Shown here piece after piece: positions 30,162-39,709 of a stretch of DNA of 49,590 bases. The stretch lies in the NCBI GenBank assembly GCA_012727625.1, contig JAAYGP010000274.1, positions 1 to 49,590 on the forward strand, given 5' to 3'. A program made the position numbers and the translations under genes. Position 1 is the first letter of the stretch. Each line of letters begins with the position of its first letter. This DNA comes from Clostridiaceae bacterium (GTDB lineage: Bacteria; Bacillota; Clostridia; DSM-8532). The notes below the pieces were generated by a model that saw nothing but the letters and a program-made list of their open reading frames with translations, did not search any database and was not told the origin of the DNA.

Positions 30162-31496
30162 TCACCTGTGCAATGTGTATTTTTTATTTTTACCCCGACC
30201 TTTTACATCAACCATTCCCATTTCAATCAGTTTTCGGATGATGAGATAAGAGCGTGTCCTTTTAAGTCCTAAAAGCTCCATAAGTCCATCCTCCGTGAGT
30301 GAATCATGTTTTTCAAGGTAATTAACAACAGCTTCCATTTGCTTTGTCAGCTTGGCAGGGAGATGGGGCTTATCAGCCTTTAATGGCGCAAAATATTCTG
30401 AAGATTCTTCTTTTGCAAACCTGTTCATATTGGGCAAAACAATTTTGAAAGTGTTATCTGTGACAATAATATCCGGCTTTTTTGGACTATCACGGTAAAG
30501 CTCAAAGATTCTACGTATGCCTGTGCCATATGCTTCGATGTGTTTAAGTCGAAAGAATATTGAGGCTAGTTTTTCATTTCTGGGCAATGAAATTCCTGAC
30601 ATAATATCAGTTTTTGTCAATCCTGAGGGGAGACCGCCAAGTGAGATAAACTCCATCATTTCTGAGTTAATATTTATTATTATGCTGCCGCTATAACCAT
30701 AATCCCTGTGTATTATGGCATTCAGCAAAGCTTCGCGAATTGCTTCCGGAGGATAGTCAATGCTGTCAGTTCTGTCGAGGCCATGTATAACTGAGACCGT
30801 ATGATTATTTAGCATTAAATAATCATATACATCCCGAAGCTGTTTAAAAAGCGAACCGGTAAATTCTTTACGATCTGTAAAAACTGTATTTGCAGAATCG
30901 GCAAATACGGCTGCTTTAATAGAATGTAAACATTGATCGGACAGAAGTAATGCGAGATTTTTATATAATTTTTTATATGAGTCATAGAACCCTAAGGAAA
31001 CAAAATTGTCCTCTGAAAAAGAAACCCCTCTATTGAAAAATTCAATTTTTGCAGACTCAAAAGTGAGATTTTGTATAAGACTTCTGGAGCTTTCAAATGA
31101 ACTGTCATCTGAAAGCTTTATGAATTGCCTTATTTGTTCCCATGTAGCAGGAACTGAAGATGCCCCCTGGCGTACAAAAACACCCGATGGTTTCATACCA
31201 TTACTTTTCAGGAAGTAAGGTTTTGAGGTTCCTTCATAAACAATAACATCAATAGTATTATTATCATTAAGTTTATATTGTACAAACATTGTGATATCGG
31301 GCAGGATTGAGTCTCTGATTATATTGGTAATACGTGTATAGGAGTCGTCTATATCAGAAAGCCCTACAACATTGCCGTTATCATCAACTCCAATTCTAAT
31401 CATGCCGCCATTTGTGTTGGCGAATGCAACAACTTCTTTGTTGATGTTGCTGGTTACATTTTCTTTGAATTCTACATGCTCATTTTCATAATTCAT
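30162..31496 (-). CDS. AlbA_2 (Schlafen-like) + HATPase_c_4 + C-terminal HTH protein
   Basis: ENEHVEFKE, VAFANTNGG.I.IGVDDNG, YPPEAIREALLNAIIHRDY, PRN..LA, IEAYGTGI, C-terminal wHTH; GGAGGT RBS before ATG 31496 (ORF track starts 31538). Confidence 0.88.
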   Translation of the reverse strand: MNYENEHVEFKENVTSNINKEVVAFANTNGGMIRIGVDDNGNVVGLSDIDDSYTRITNIIRDSILPDITMFVQYKLNDNNTIDVIVYEGTSKPYFLKSNGMKPSGVFVRQGASSVPATWEQIRQFIKLSDDSSFESSRSLIQNLTFESAKIEFFNRGVSFSEDNFVSLGFYDSYKKLYKNLALLLSDQCLHSIKAAVFADSANTVFTDRKEFTGSLFKQLRDVYDYLMLNNHTVSVIHGLDRTDSIDYPPEAIREALLNAIIHRDYGYSGSIIININSEMMEFISLGGLPSGLTKTDIMSGISLPRNEKLASIFFRLKHIEAYGTGIRRIFELYRDSPKKPDIIVTDNTFKIVLPNMNRFAKEESSEYFAPLKADKPHLPAKLTKQMEAVVNYLEKHDSLTEDGLMELLGLKRTRSYLIIRKLIEMGMVDVKGRGKNKKYTLHR

Positions 31497-31558
31497 ACAA
31501 TGAACCTCCGTAATAACAAATAATGCGAATTCAAACATAAATCATTCATTCTTTGTCA

Positions 31559-31627
31559 ATTATATAGTGAATATTCACTCATGTCAACCGAATATTCACT
31601 AAATTAGAGAACAATGTGAATATTCAC
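31559..31627 (-). promoter_or_regulatory. Consensus SigA promoter with three GTGAATATTCAC-type operator boxes
   Basis: Minus strand TTGACA (31587-31582), 17 nt, TATAAT (31564-31559); palindromes at 31566-31579, 31590-31600 (partial) and 31616-31627. Confidence 0.8.
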
Positions 31628-31707
31628 TTTTAGCTAAATTTTGCTAAAGATAATCAGATGCGTAGGATTGTTGGATTTATTTCTTTTCAGGCAGTGTAAA
31701 ATTAATT

Positions 31708-31792
31708 CTTATCGTTGCAAATCGGTATGCAACGATAAGGAGAAAATCGTTTTAAAATGCAACGATAAATGCAACGATAAAACGAGCGTTGC
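31708..31792 (+). repeat. Copy B of the TGCAACGA repeat, with a 12-bp inverted repeat
   Basis: CTTATCGTTGCA-aatcggta-TGCAACGATAAG (31708-31739) plus further ATGCAACGATAA units; similar to 27980-28058. Confidence 0.65.
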
Positions 31793-31942
31793 TAAAGAGA
31801 ATAATTGAAAACTGTAAATAAGACCAAATTTTAATACATGGATCACGAAAAGACAAGTATAAAATTTTAGATTATGCACGAAAAGACACTAATGAAATGC
31901 ATGGAACGGATTGAACACCCGAACATTTCCGGGAAAGACGGG

Positions 31943-31981
31943 AAAAGCTGAATAAAAGCCATAGTGGCCATTATTCAGCTT
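31943..31981 (-). terminator. Probable intrinsic terminator of the minus-strand remnant
   Basis: AAGCTGAATAA...TTATTCAGCTT inverted repeat just downstream of the stop at 32003-32005, with a short minus-strand T tract. Confidence 0.45.
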
Positions 31982-32002
31982 AAAACAATAGAAGAAATTT
32001 TC

Positions 32003-32502
32003 TTAATCATAGCAAACATCTACCGGAACACCGGTATCTGCAGATTCGAGTATTGCTAAAATTGCAATAGCGGTATTTCTTGCGTCTTCCAGTGATACGC
32101 GATGGGTTTCTCCCCAGGTGCCGGCACCACAGGGGAGAAAGCATACGTACCCGGCAATTCTTTGATTTTATGTGACAGGATTATTCCCTGCGAATTTGTA
32201 AGGAATACAGATTCATCATAACCAATACCTATTTCCAGAATATCACATATATCAGCTTCCAGTATATCTGTATATAGTATTCCTGAGAACCTGTCATAGC
32301 TGTCTATGTTTCTAAGCAAAGAAATACATGATATAGTCAGGGCCTTTTCGTGTGTTATATCGTTTTCCCGTAATTAGGTTTCCAGCCAAACAACATTTCT
32401 GCCATCGTTAAAGTTTTTGTAAAACTTTTCAATATCCTGCGTGTCTGCTTCCATAGAACGGTTAAGATAAGGATATAATGTACAAAATTTTCCATTTGAC
32501 AT
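32003..32502 (-). pseudogene. Chimeric remnant: sensor-kinase Cache-like fragment with internal stop, joined to an oxidoreductase-like C-terminus
   Basis: Frame from 32502 reads ...GRNVVWLET*LRE...SLLRNIDSYDRFSGILYTDI..VFLTNSQGIILSH (TAA at 32374-32376); another frame gives VSLEDARNTAIAILAILESADTGVPVDVCYD* ending at 32003, typical of Gfo/Idh/MocA C-termini. Confidence 0.55.
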
Positions 32503-32673
32503 CTAATGTAATTCAACTGAAAAACAATGTTTCTTTATTTTTCTACTTTAATATGTTACAATAACAATGCATTGGAAAACAAACGCACTTTTCTTGCGGA
32601 GAAAAATTTTGGGGAATGTATTAAGGCATTTTCCAAAATTTTAGTGCGTTTATGCGGAAAGAGGGAACAGCTT

Positions 32674-34515
32674 GTGAAGCAGAAACTTAAAGCCGGTTTA
32701 TTCATTTTATCTGATATTATATTGCTTACTGTATCATTTTATTCTTCATACTTTATACGGTTTGAATTCAGCAACGAAAACATCCCGTCAAACTTTGCCG
32801 AACATATTTTGTTGCTTCTTTTGGTGTCTGTTGCAATTAAAATAGCCGTGTTTATTCCGTTTAAGCTTTACAGGAGCCTTTGGAAATATGCAGGGGTGTA
32901 TGAGCTGGTCAGCATTTTTCTTGCGTCGGCCATTACAAACGGAGTTTTGTTTTTATACATTTCATTCGTTGAAAGGCTTGCGCCCCGGAGCATTTTTGTT
33001 ATTACCGGGATGATTGACGTGTTTTTAATCGGCGGGTCCCGCTTTGTATACCGCCTATACCGCAGGCTTGTTATGGGCCGCGTCATCAGATTGGATAATT
33101 TAAAAAGAGTTCTTATATTCGGGGCCGGTGATGCCGGGGCAATGATAGCAAAGGAAATGGAGCTCCACCCCGAATTGAACTACAAGCTTGTGGCTTTCCT
33201 GGATGACAGCCCTGAAAAAAAGGGAAGGAAAGTGAACGGAATACCCATATTGGGAGGCCTTGAGGATGTCGGCGATATTGTTGACAAGAAAAGCATTGAC
33301 GAGATTATTATTGCCATACCCTCCGCTAAGCCTGCCGTTATTAACAATATTTACGAACAATGCTTAAAAACCTCATGCAGGGTGAAAATTCTTCCTTCCA
33401 TGTCCCAGCTTATCAATGGATCAATAATGCTGAAAAAGATCAAGGATGTGGAAATCGAGGATTTGCTGGGACGCGAGCCGATCGTGGAGGATCTTGAGAG
33501 TGTGGCCGGATATCTTGGCGGAAAGGTTGTACTGGTAACGGGAGGCGGAGGTTCCATTGGCTCCGAGCTATGCCGCCAGATTGCATCCTACAGCCCGGCC
33601 AGGCTTTTAATGCTTGATAACTATGAAAACAACCTGTATGACATTTTAAACGAGCTTACATCGAGGTATCCAAACCTTGAGCTTGTGCCGATTATAGCCA
33701 ATGTCAGGGAAAAGGAAAGGATATCCGAAATATTCAGCGAGTACAAGCCCAATATAGTATTCCACGCCGCTGCCCACAAGCATGTGCCCCTCATGGAGAG
33801 CCATCCGGAGGAAGCCGTTAAGAACAATGTATTCGGCACATGGAATGTGGCGCATTGTGCGGATAAATACAATGCCGAGCGTTTTGTTTTGATCTCAACT
33901 GACAAGGCTGTAAATCCGACAAATGTCATGGGTGCAACAAAGTGCATTGCGGAAATGATAATCCAGGCACTGGATGCAAAAAGCAAGACGGAATTTGTTG
34001 CGGTCCGCTTTGGAAATGTACTTGGCAGCAACGGCAGTGTAATTCCTCTTTTTAAAAAGCAGATCGAGCAGGGCGGCCCTGTTACTGTCACCCATCCCGA
34101 CATTACAAGGTTTTTCATGACCATACCGGAGGCAGTTCAGCTTGTCATTCAGGCCGGTGCCATGGCTGAAGGCGGCGAGGTATTTGTTCTTGATATGGGC
34201 CAGCCGGTCAGGATTCTGGATTTGGCGGAGAAATTAATACGCCTTTCGGGCTTTGAGCCATATGAAGACATTGACATAGAAATAACAGGGCTAAGGCCCG
34301 GAGAAAAGCTTTATGAAGAGCTTTTAACCATTGAAGAGGGGCTTAAGGCCACAAGGCATAATAAAATATTTGTGGCAAAACCTTTGCACATCGATTATGA
34401 GCTTTTAAAAAGGGAGCTTGAGATATTGCACCAGATGGTATACAAGACATGTGACAGCAAGGAAATAAAGGAATATGTGAAGGTCCTGGTGCCAACGTAT
34501 AAGATGGCGCAATAG
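32674..34515 (+). CDS. Membrane-anchored UDP-GlcNAc 4,6-dehydratase (CapD/PglF/WbpM family)
   Basis: 4 N-terminal TMs, GAGDAG, IEDLLGRE, VTGGGGSIGSEL, HAAAHKHVP, STDKAVNPTNVMGATK, RFGNVLGS.GSV.P, LRPGEKLYEEL; GTG 32674 after GAGGG (ORF track starts 32527). Confidence 0.93.
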   Translation: MKQKLKAGLFILSDIILLTVSFYSSYFIRFEFSNENIPSNFAEHILLLLLVSVAIKIAVFIPFKLYRSLWKYAGVYELVSIFLASAITNGVLFLYISFVERLAPRSIFVITGMIDVFLIGGSRFVYRLYRRLVMGRVIRLDNLKRVLIFGAGDAGAMIAKEMELHPELNYKLVAFLDDSPEKKGRKVNGIPILGGLEDVGDIVDKKSIDEIIIAIPSAKPAVINNIYEQCLKTSCRVKILPSMSQLINGSIMLKKIKDVEIEDLLGREPIVEDLESVAGYLGGKVVLVTGGGGSIGSELCRQIASYSPARLLMLDNYENNLYDILNELTSRYPNLELVPIIANVREKERISEIFSEYKPNIVFHAAAHKHVPLMESHPEEAVKNNVFGTWNVAHCADKYNAERFVLISTDKAVNPTNVMGATKCIAEMIIQALDAKSKTEFVAVRFGNVLGSNGSVIPLFKKQIEQGGPVTVTHPDITRFFMTIPEAVQLVIQAGAMAEGGEVFVLDMGQPVRILDLAEKLIRLSGFEPYEDIDIEITGLRPGEKLYEELLTIEEGLKATRHNKIFVAKPLHIDYELLKRELEILHQMVYKTCDSKEIKEYVKVLVPTYKMAQ

Positions 34516-34546
34516 CTTGTACAATTCAAGCCGGACAATCAAAATT

Positions 34547-34580
34547 AAAACTTTCCCTGTTTTCGGTGGAAGGTTTTTTT
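34547..34580 (+). terminator. Intrinsic terminator after the CapD-family gene
   Basis: AAAACTTTCC-loop-GGAAGGTTTTTTT. Confidence 0.6.
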
Positions 34581-34765
34581 GAATTGCTTTCAGCCATCGC
34601 ACATTGTCTTTGGCATTAATTTTGCCTTGAAATCAGATATTGCTTTTAATATTTTATGAAATATTGTATAATCATTACAAGAAACAAAGCGAAGAATACA
34701 TAAGCGATCTTTTAGAATACGGCTTTGTTTTATTTTAATCCAGTCAGGGAAAGAGAGGTAAAATT

Positions 34766-35164
34766 ATGCTAAAAGAATTTAAAAAGTTCGCGCTCAGAGG
34801 AAATGTACTGGATTTGGCCGTTGGTGTGATTATTGGAGGCGCTTTCGGGAAGATTGTAACCTCGCTTGTCAATGACATTATTATGCCGGTTTTGGGTATC
34901 TTATTAGGCAGGATAAATCTGCAGCACTTAAAACTGGTAATACGCCCTGCGGAGGGTGATACCGCGGAATTGTCCGTTTTATACGGCGCTTTTATTCAAA
35001 ATGTGATCGATTTTCTGATAATTGCTTTTTCTATCTTCTTGGTGATTAGGCTTATTAATTCGTTTAAGAAAAAAGAAGAGGAAAAACCTCCGGAACCGCC
35101 AAAGCCTACAAGAGAAGAGGAGCTGCTTACGGAGATACGTGATTTATTAAAAAATAACCAATAG
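34766..35164 (+). CDS. mscL: Large-conductance mechanosensitive channel
   Basis: [41 protein letters not shown]...[13 protein letters not shown]...[10 protein letters not shown]. Confidence 0.97.
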   Translation: MLKEFKKFALRGNVLDLAVGVIIGGAFGKIVTSLVNDIIMPVLGILLGRINLQHLKLVIRPAEGDTAELSVLYGAFIQNVIDFLIIAFSIFLVIRLINSFKKKEEEKPPEPPKPTREEELLTEIRDLLKNNQ

Positions 35165-35176
35165 GATTTAAGAATT

Positions 35177-35704
35177 ATGATTTATAAGGGATCTGCATGG
35201 TACGCATTATTTGTTAAGACCGGAGAGGAAAACCTGGTAAAGGAACGGCTGGATTACCGCTTCGGCGGTGATCCGGTCATTATGATTCCTAAAAAAATAA
35301 TAAAGGAAAGAAAAAACGGCAAGTGGTACCAAAGAGTTAGAAATCTTTTTCCCGGTTACATCTTTTTGCATGGAACTTTAACCAATGAAAACTACAGAAA
35401 TTTGTGGCAGGTTCCAGGGCTTTACAAGCTTCTTTGTACGGACAGAGAGCCTGTGCGCATTCCTGACTCTGAGATCGAAGTGTTCAGCCATCTTTTCGAC
35501 AGAGAGGATATTATTCAGGAGTCGGATATTTTAATGGAAGGCGAAGAGGTGACCATCGTAAGCGGCCCATTGACTGCATTACAGGGAAAGATTCTGAAAG
35601 TGGACAAAAGAAAAGGCCGTGCCCGGGTGATGATCAATTTCCTTGGTGAGGAAAGGATAATTGACCTTGGGGTTAACATTATACAGGCCGCAAATAATCA
35701 GTAG
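35177..35704 (+). CDS. loaP: NusG-paralogue antiterminator LoaP
   Basis: WYALFVKTGEE, ERKNGKW....LFPGYIF (NGN); SGPLTALQGKILKVDKRKGRARV..FLGEER.IDLG (KOW with basic KRKGR patch); not in secE-nusG-rplK context. Confidence 0.88.
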   Translation: MIYKGSAWYALFVKTGEENLVKERLDYRFGGDPVIMIPKKIIKERKNGKWYQRVRNLFPGYIFLHGTLTNENYRNLWQVPGLYKLLCTDREPVRIPDSEIEVFSHLFDREDIIQESDILMEGEEVTIVSGPLTALQGKILKVDKRKGRARVMINFLGEERIIDLGVNIIQAANNQ

Positions 35705-35880
35705 TGTTAAGACCATCATAAGTATTGTGCAAAAAAGGGAAACTTTTGTGGAATGCAGTCTTGACATGTGCATCAGGAGCGGGAATAAACAAGCCGGCTG
35801 TTTGAATAAAATTGCAGCAAGCAATATTATTTAATATGTATTTTGCAAGCTTAGGCTTTAAAACAGGAAAGGCGGAGGCT

Positions 35881-36858
35881 ATGGATCTTATTGCGTTAAA
35901 AGCCCTTACAGACAAGCTGTTAGGCAATATTGAAAAGGTTATTGTGGGAAAAGAGGATGTTATAAGGCAGCTTCTTATCAGTCTTATTTGCGGAGGACAT
36001 GTGCTTCTGGAGGATGTTCCGGGAACAGGAAAAACACTTCTTGCAAAAACCCTCAGCAAATCATTAAGTCTTAAATTCTCCAGAATACAGTTCACTCCGG
36101 ATTTACTTCCTACTGATATAACCGGCATTCATTATTATAATCAAAAACAGGAGGAGTTTATTTTCAGAAAGGGCCCTGTTTTCACGAACATACTTCTGGC
36201 CGACGAAATAAACCGGGCAACGCCAAGAACCCAATCAAGCCTTCTGGAATGTATGGAGGAAAGACAGGTCTCCATTGACGGCGAGACTCAATTGCTGGAT
36301 GCTCCGTTTATGGTAATAGCCACCCAGAACCCAATTGAAACCCTTGGTACTTTTCCTCTGCCCGAAGCCCAGCTTGACCGCTTTCTCATGAAGATTTACA
36401 TGGGATACCCTGATACGGATGAAGGGGTTGAAATCCTGAAGCGTTTTCAGTATGAAAGTCCCCTGCCCTCTCTTGAGCCTGTGGCAGGCAAGGAGGACTT
36501 GCAGGGAGTTGAGGACATATTTAAAAATACCTTTGTCAGCGAGGATATGTATTCTTACATTGTTAAAATTGTTGAAGCCACACGTAACCATCCTGATGTT
36601 ATTCTTGGAGTAAGCCCCCGGGGAAGCCAGGCTCTTTTGCGCACAAGCCAGGCGCTGGCGGCCATTAACGGCAGAGATTATGTACTTCCGGACGATGTAA
36701 AGGCTATGGTTAAGCCGGTTATGGCACACCGCATGGTAACACGTCATGTGGGCAGCGACAGCGGAAAGCCGGCGGCATGGGGCATATTGGATCAGATTTT
36801 AAAAAGGGTTCCGGTTCCAACGGAGGAAAGACTCATAAGCCAGACTGGAGGACGTTAG
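35881..36858 (+). CDS. MoxR family AAA+ ATPase
   Basis: GHVLLEDVPGTGKT, RIQFTPDLLPTDITG, LLADEINRATPRTQSSLLE, ATQNP.E..GTFPLPEAQLDRF; GGAGG RBS before ATG 35881. Confidence 0.95.
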   Translation: MDLIALKALTDKLLGNIEKVIVGKEDVIRQLLISLICGGHVLLEDVPGTGKTLLAKTLSKSLSLKFSRIQFTPDLLPTDITGIHYYNQKQEEFIFRKGPVFTNILLADEINRATPRTQSSLLECMEERQVSIDGETQLLDAPFMVIATQNPIETLGTFPLPEAQLDRFLMKIYMGYPDTDEGVEILKRFQYESPLPSLEPVAGKEDLQGVEDIFKNTFVSEDMYSYIVKIVEATRNHPDVILGVSPRGSQALLRTSQALAAINGRDYVLPDDVKAMVKPVMAHRMVTRHVGSDSGKPAAWGILDQILKRVPVPTEERLISQTGGR

Positions 36859-36861
36859 CTT

Positions 36862-37923
36862 ATGTGGGCTTATAAGCTGCTTCTGGCAGCAGGAATTTTG
36901 ATCTGCCTGGAATCGTTTTTAATACTCCGGTATGGCCTGTCAAAGGTAAGCATTGAAAGAAGCTTTGACACTTTGCATGCCAATTACGGGCAAAGTATAC
37001 AAATGATTGAGAAAATAAGCAACAACAAGCTTCTGCCTGTGCCCTGGCTCAAGGTTGAGTCCAGGATCGACAGTGGGCTTAAGTTTGGTCTCCAGGAGGA
37101 TTTGAATATTCTGCACGAGGAATTTCACATCTCTGCTTTCTGCATGTTGCCCTACACAAGGATTATCCGTACTCATAACGTTAAATGCATGAAAAGGGGC
37201 TACTATCATTTAAAATCCGCTGCTTTGACAGCCCGTTCAATTACAGGCGGGAATTCAACAGTAAAAGACGAGGAAACTGACGCCAAATTATATGTTTTTC
37301 CAAGAATTCTTAAAATGCCTGAACTGAATCTTCCATCCCACAGCTGGCAGGGAGACAGGGTTGTCCGCCGCTGGATTCTGGAGGATCCTTTTATAAGAGC
37401 CGGGGTCAGGGAATATACAACCACGGATCCAATGAAAAATATCAATTGGAAAGCCTCGGCACGTTTTGGTGACCTGTATGTTAACCAGTATGAGCCGACG
37501 GCCCGGCACAGACTGATGATTCTTCTTAATGTGGATACAAAAATAGATCAATGGACAATAACAGACGAGCCGGAAAGGGTTGAATACGGAATTTCCCTCG
37601 CAGCCACGGTTCTGGAGTATGCTTTTTTGAATTTAATTGAGGCAGGCTTTGGAACAAACGCGTTTTTAAAGAACATGGAGAAAGTGCCCATACGAATTGC
37701 CCCTGCATTGGGGAATTCCCACAGGGTAATTATTTTGGAAAACCTTGCAAGAATGGGTCTTCTAAGATGTGTAAGCTTTAATGCCCTGCTTGAGCAGGAA
37801 ATTGAAAGAAATTCGAGCCATATGGACTATCTGCTGATTACTGCGGTGGTTGACGGTGAAATGGAAGACAGAATTCGTCTTTTGCGCGGAAAAGATAATG
37901 CTGTGGAAATCTGCAGGATTTAA
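36862..37923 (+). CDS. DUF58 domain protein
   Basis: KRGYY, GVREYTTTDPMKNINWKASAR motif; directly follows moxR. Confidence 0.9.
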   Translation: MWAYKLLLAAGILICLESFLILRYGLSKVSIERSFDTLHANYGQSIQMIEKISNNKLLPVPWLKVESRIDSGLKFGLQEDLNILHEEFHISAFCMLPYTRIIRTHNVKCMKRGYYHLKSAALTARSITGGNSTVKDEETDAKLYVFPRILKMPELNLPSHSWQGDRVVRRWILEDPFIRAGVREYTTTDPMKNINWKASARFGDLYVNQYEPTARHRLMILLNVDTKIDQWTITDEPERVEYGISLAATVLEYAFLNLIEAGFGTNAFLKNMEKVPIRIAPALGNSHRVIILENLARMGLLRCVSFNALLEQEIERNSSHMDYLLITAVVDGEMEDRIRLLRGKDNAVEICRI

Positions 37924-37944
37924 TTGTATGGGAGAGGTTCAATT

Positions 37945-38069
37945 GTTACTGTTCAAATGTTATGTTAAAAGATATTATGCAATGGATGGAGACTTCAGAG
38001 GAACTATACAGCTCTTGCAAATGAAGCTCTTGTTTCCGCTATTGCACAATATCTGACCTGAACAGTAAC
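37945..38069. repeat. 125-bp intergenic segment with 11-bp terminal inverted repeats (possible MITE)
   Basis: GTTACTGTTCA (37945-37955) and TGAACAGTAAC (38059-38069). Confidence 0.4.
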
Positions 38070-38164
38070 TGAATCAGGGTGTGAACAGAAACGTTCAGCT
38101 TTATCCCATGATATGACTGTTTACCGATATTATTGAATTATTATGTATGCGGAGCCAGGTGTAT

Positions 38165-39583
38165 ATGATTAAAAAAGTTCTGAAGAGATGGTTATGGTGC
38201 CTGAATGACTATCTCATGATTTTTCCGGTATTTATAATAGTATCCTTCTTTGCGATTCCAAAGAACACGGTCACAGCTTTTGTGCTGCTGCTTCCCGTAA
38301 GCCTTCTTTTCGGCATTGCAATAACCTGTGCGAAAAAGAAGACAAAAAATATATTTATATTCTTAATCGGCCTTGTATACGTTTTGGGTGTTACGTTTCT
38401 CTGGCAGTACGCGGTAATGGGCGGTACCCTGCTGGAGGTCGTATTTACTGCGGTATTAACAGCCGGTTTCTTTATCTGGGGAATAAAAAGCGGTACAGGC
38501 AGCTCCCGCATTGATTTTTACTATTTTTTAGGCATAGTAACCTATGGAATATACATCCTGGTAATAAGCAAACTGCCTGCCCTGAAAGAATTTACAAATA
38601 TTACAGTAGCAGCAGCGATTTTGCTTGTAATCGCAGGTCTGCCGCTGGCAAACAGGCGGTTCCTAATCCAGGAAACCCACCAGAGAGGCAGCCTTAAAAT
38701 TATGCCCGGCACGGTGGTCAGAGGAAATAGCATTGTAGTTACATGTACCATTGTTTTAATATTGCTTTTATCTTTATGGGATACTGTGCTTGATGCCATT
38801 GTTTCTGCCGCAAGGGCAACAGCCGCTTTTATAATCAAAGTTCTGGACTGGTTTATGTCTTTATTCATAACTGAGCCTGTACAGCCGGAGGGCGGCGGTA
38901 TACCGGACCTGAATTTGACGCCGGGAGAAGAGTCTTCCGGTTTAATTTCCGATATTATTTTTACAATTCTGGTATCCGGTATTATTTTGTTCCTTATGTA
39001 TTCACTGGTGAAATACATTATTAAGAATTACAAAAGGATCTATGCCGCGTTTCAGTCCTTTTTATTCGGTCTGTTCGGCAGGTTCAGGCAATGGAGTTCA
39101 ACTGAACAGGGCTATTTTGACAGGCAGGAATCCCTTTTAAAAACGGAGATCAAAAAAAGACGATCTTTTTTAAAAAGGATTTTTAAAAGGAAGCCCACAT
39201 GGAAAGACATGAAAGATAATGCAAGCCGAATCCGTTTTATTTATGCCAGGTTTGTTTCTGACAATATAAGAAAAGGATTTAATTTCAGGCCGTCTGAAAC
39301 ACCCAATGAAACCGTCAGTCGGATTAATGCCCTTAAAAATAATAATGCAAGCCGGATCAATGCTTTTGAAAAGAAAACCGATGGCCGCGCAAATATCCTT
39401 AAAAAGGACACAACAGGCCGGATTCATTCTTTTGAAAAAGATAAAGTGAGCCAAATTCATGCTTCTGAAAAGGAAACCCTGGACCATGAGTGTTTAAGAA
39501 CTGAGTATAACAAGGTAAGATACGGAGGGAAAGAACCCTCCGATGAAATAGTGTATGAACTAAAGCAGATTTATTTAAAATAA
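38165..39583 (+). CDS. Multi-TM membrane protein with DUF4129-like C-terminus, third gene of the MoxR cluster
   Basis: About 8 TMs; IRFIY...SETPNE...LRTEYNKVRYG C-terminal pattern; alternative ATG at 38147. Confidence 0.7.
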   Translation: MIKKVLKRWLWCLNDYLMIFPVFIIVSFFAIPKNTVTAFVLLLPVSLLFGIAITCAKKKTKNIFIFLIGLVYVLGVTFLWQYAVMGGTLLEVVFTAVLTAGFFIWGIKSGTGSSRIDFYYFLGIVTYGIYILVISKLPALKEFTNITVAAAILLVIAGLPLANRRFLIQETHQRGSLKIMPGTVVRGNSIVVTCTIVLILLLSLWDTVLDAIVSAARATAAFIIKVLDWFMSLFITEPVQPEGGGIPDLNLTPGEESSGLISDIIFTILVSGIILFLMYSLVKYIIKNYKRIYAAFQSFLFGLFGRFRQWSSTEQGYFDRQESLLKTEIKKRRSFLKRIFKRKPTWKDMKDNASRIRFIYARFVSDNIRKGFNFRPSETPNETVSRINALKNNNASRINAFEKKTDGRANILKKDTTGRIHSFEKDKVSQIHASEKETLDHECLRTEYNKVRYGGKEPSDEIVYELKQIYLK

Positions 39584-39709
39584 GGCATAAGCCATATTTC
39601 GTTTACCTTTAAGCAGTAAACCATATATTTTCCCATCCACGGATCACCTTGTGAAAACCATGTTATTTTTTCAAACCGGGAAAATAGTTTTTATATTTTA
39701 AAGCCATTT

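Noticed and set aside
30162..31496. RecG helicase, a frequent label for this family
   Set aside because: No helicase Walker A or DExH motifs; the architecture is AlbA_2 + HATPase_c_4 + HTH.
31844..31888. CACGAAAAGACA direct repeat, two copies 33 bp apart
   Set aside because: Real but short, in a decayed region with no linked gene or promoter; no testable role.
32527..32673. Longer N-terminus for the CapD-family gene (likewise upstream starts at 25171, 35812, 44654, 15803)
   Set aside because: Downstream starts have better RBS spacing and match the expected family N-termini.
35177..35704. Housekeeping nusG
   Set aside because: Lacks secE-rplK context; sequence features fit the LoaP paralogue.
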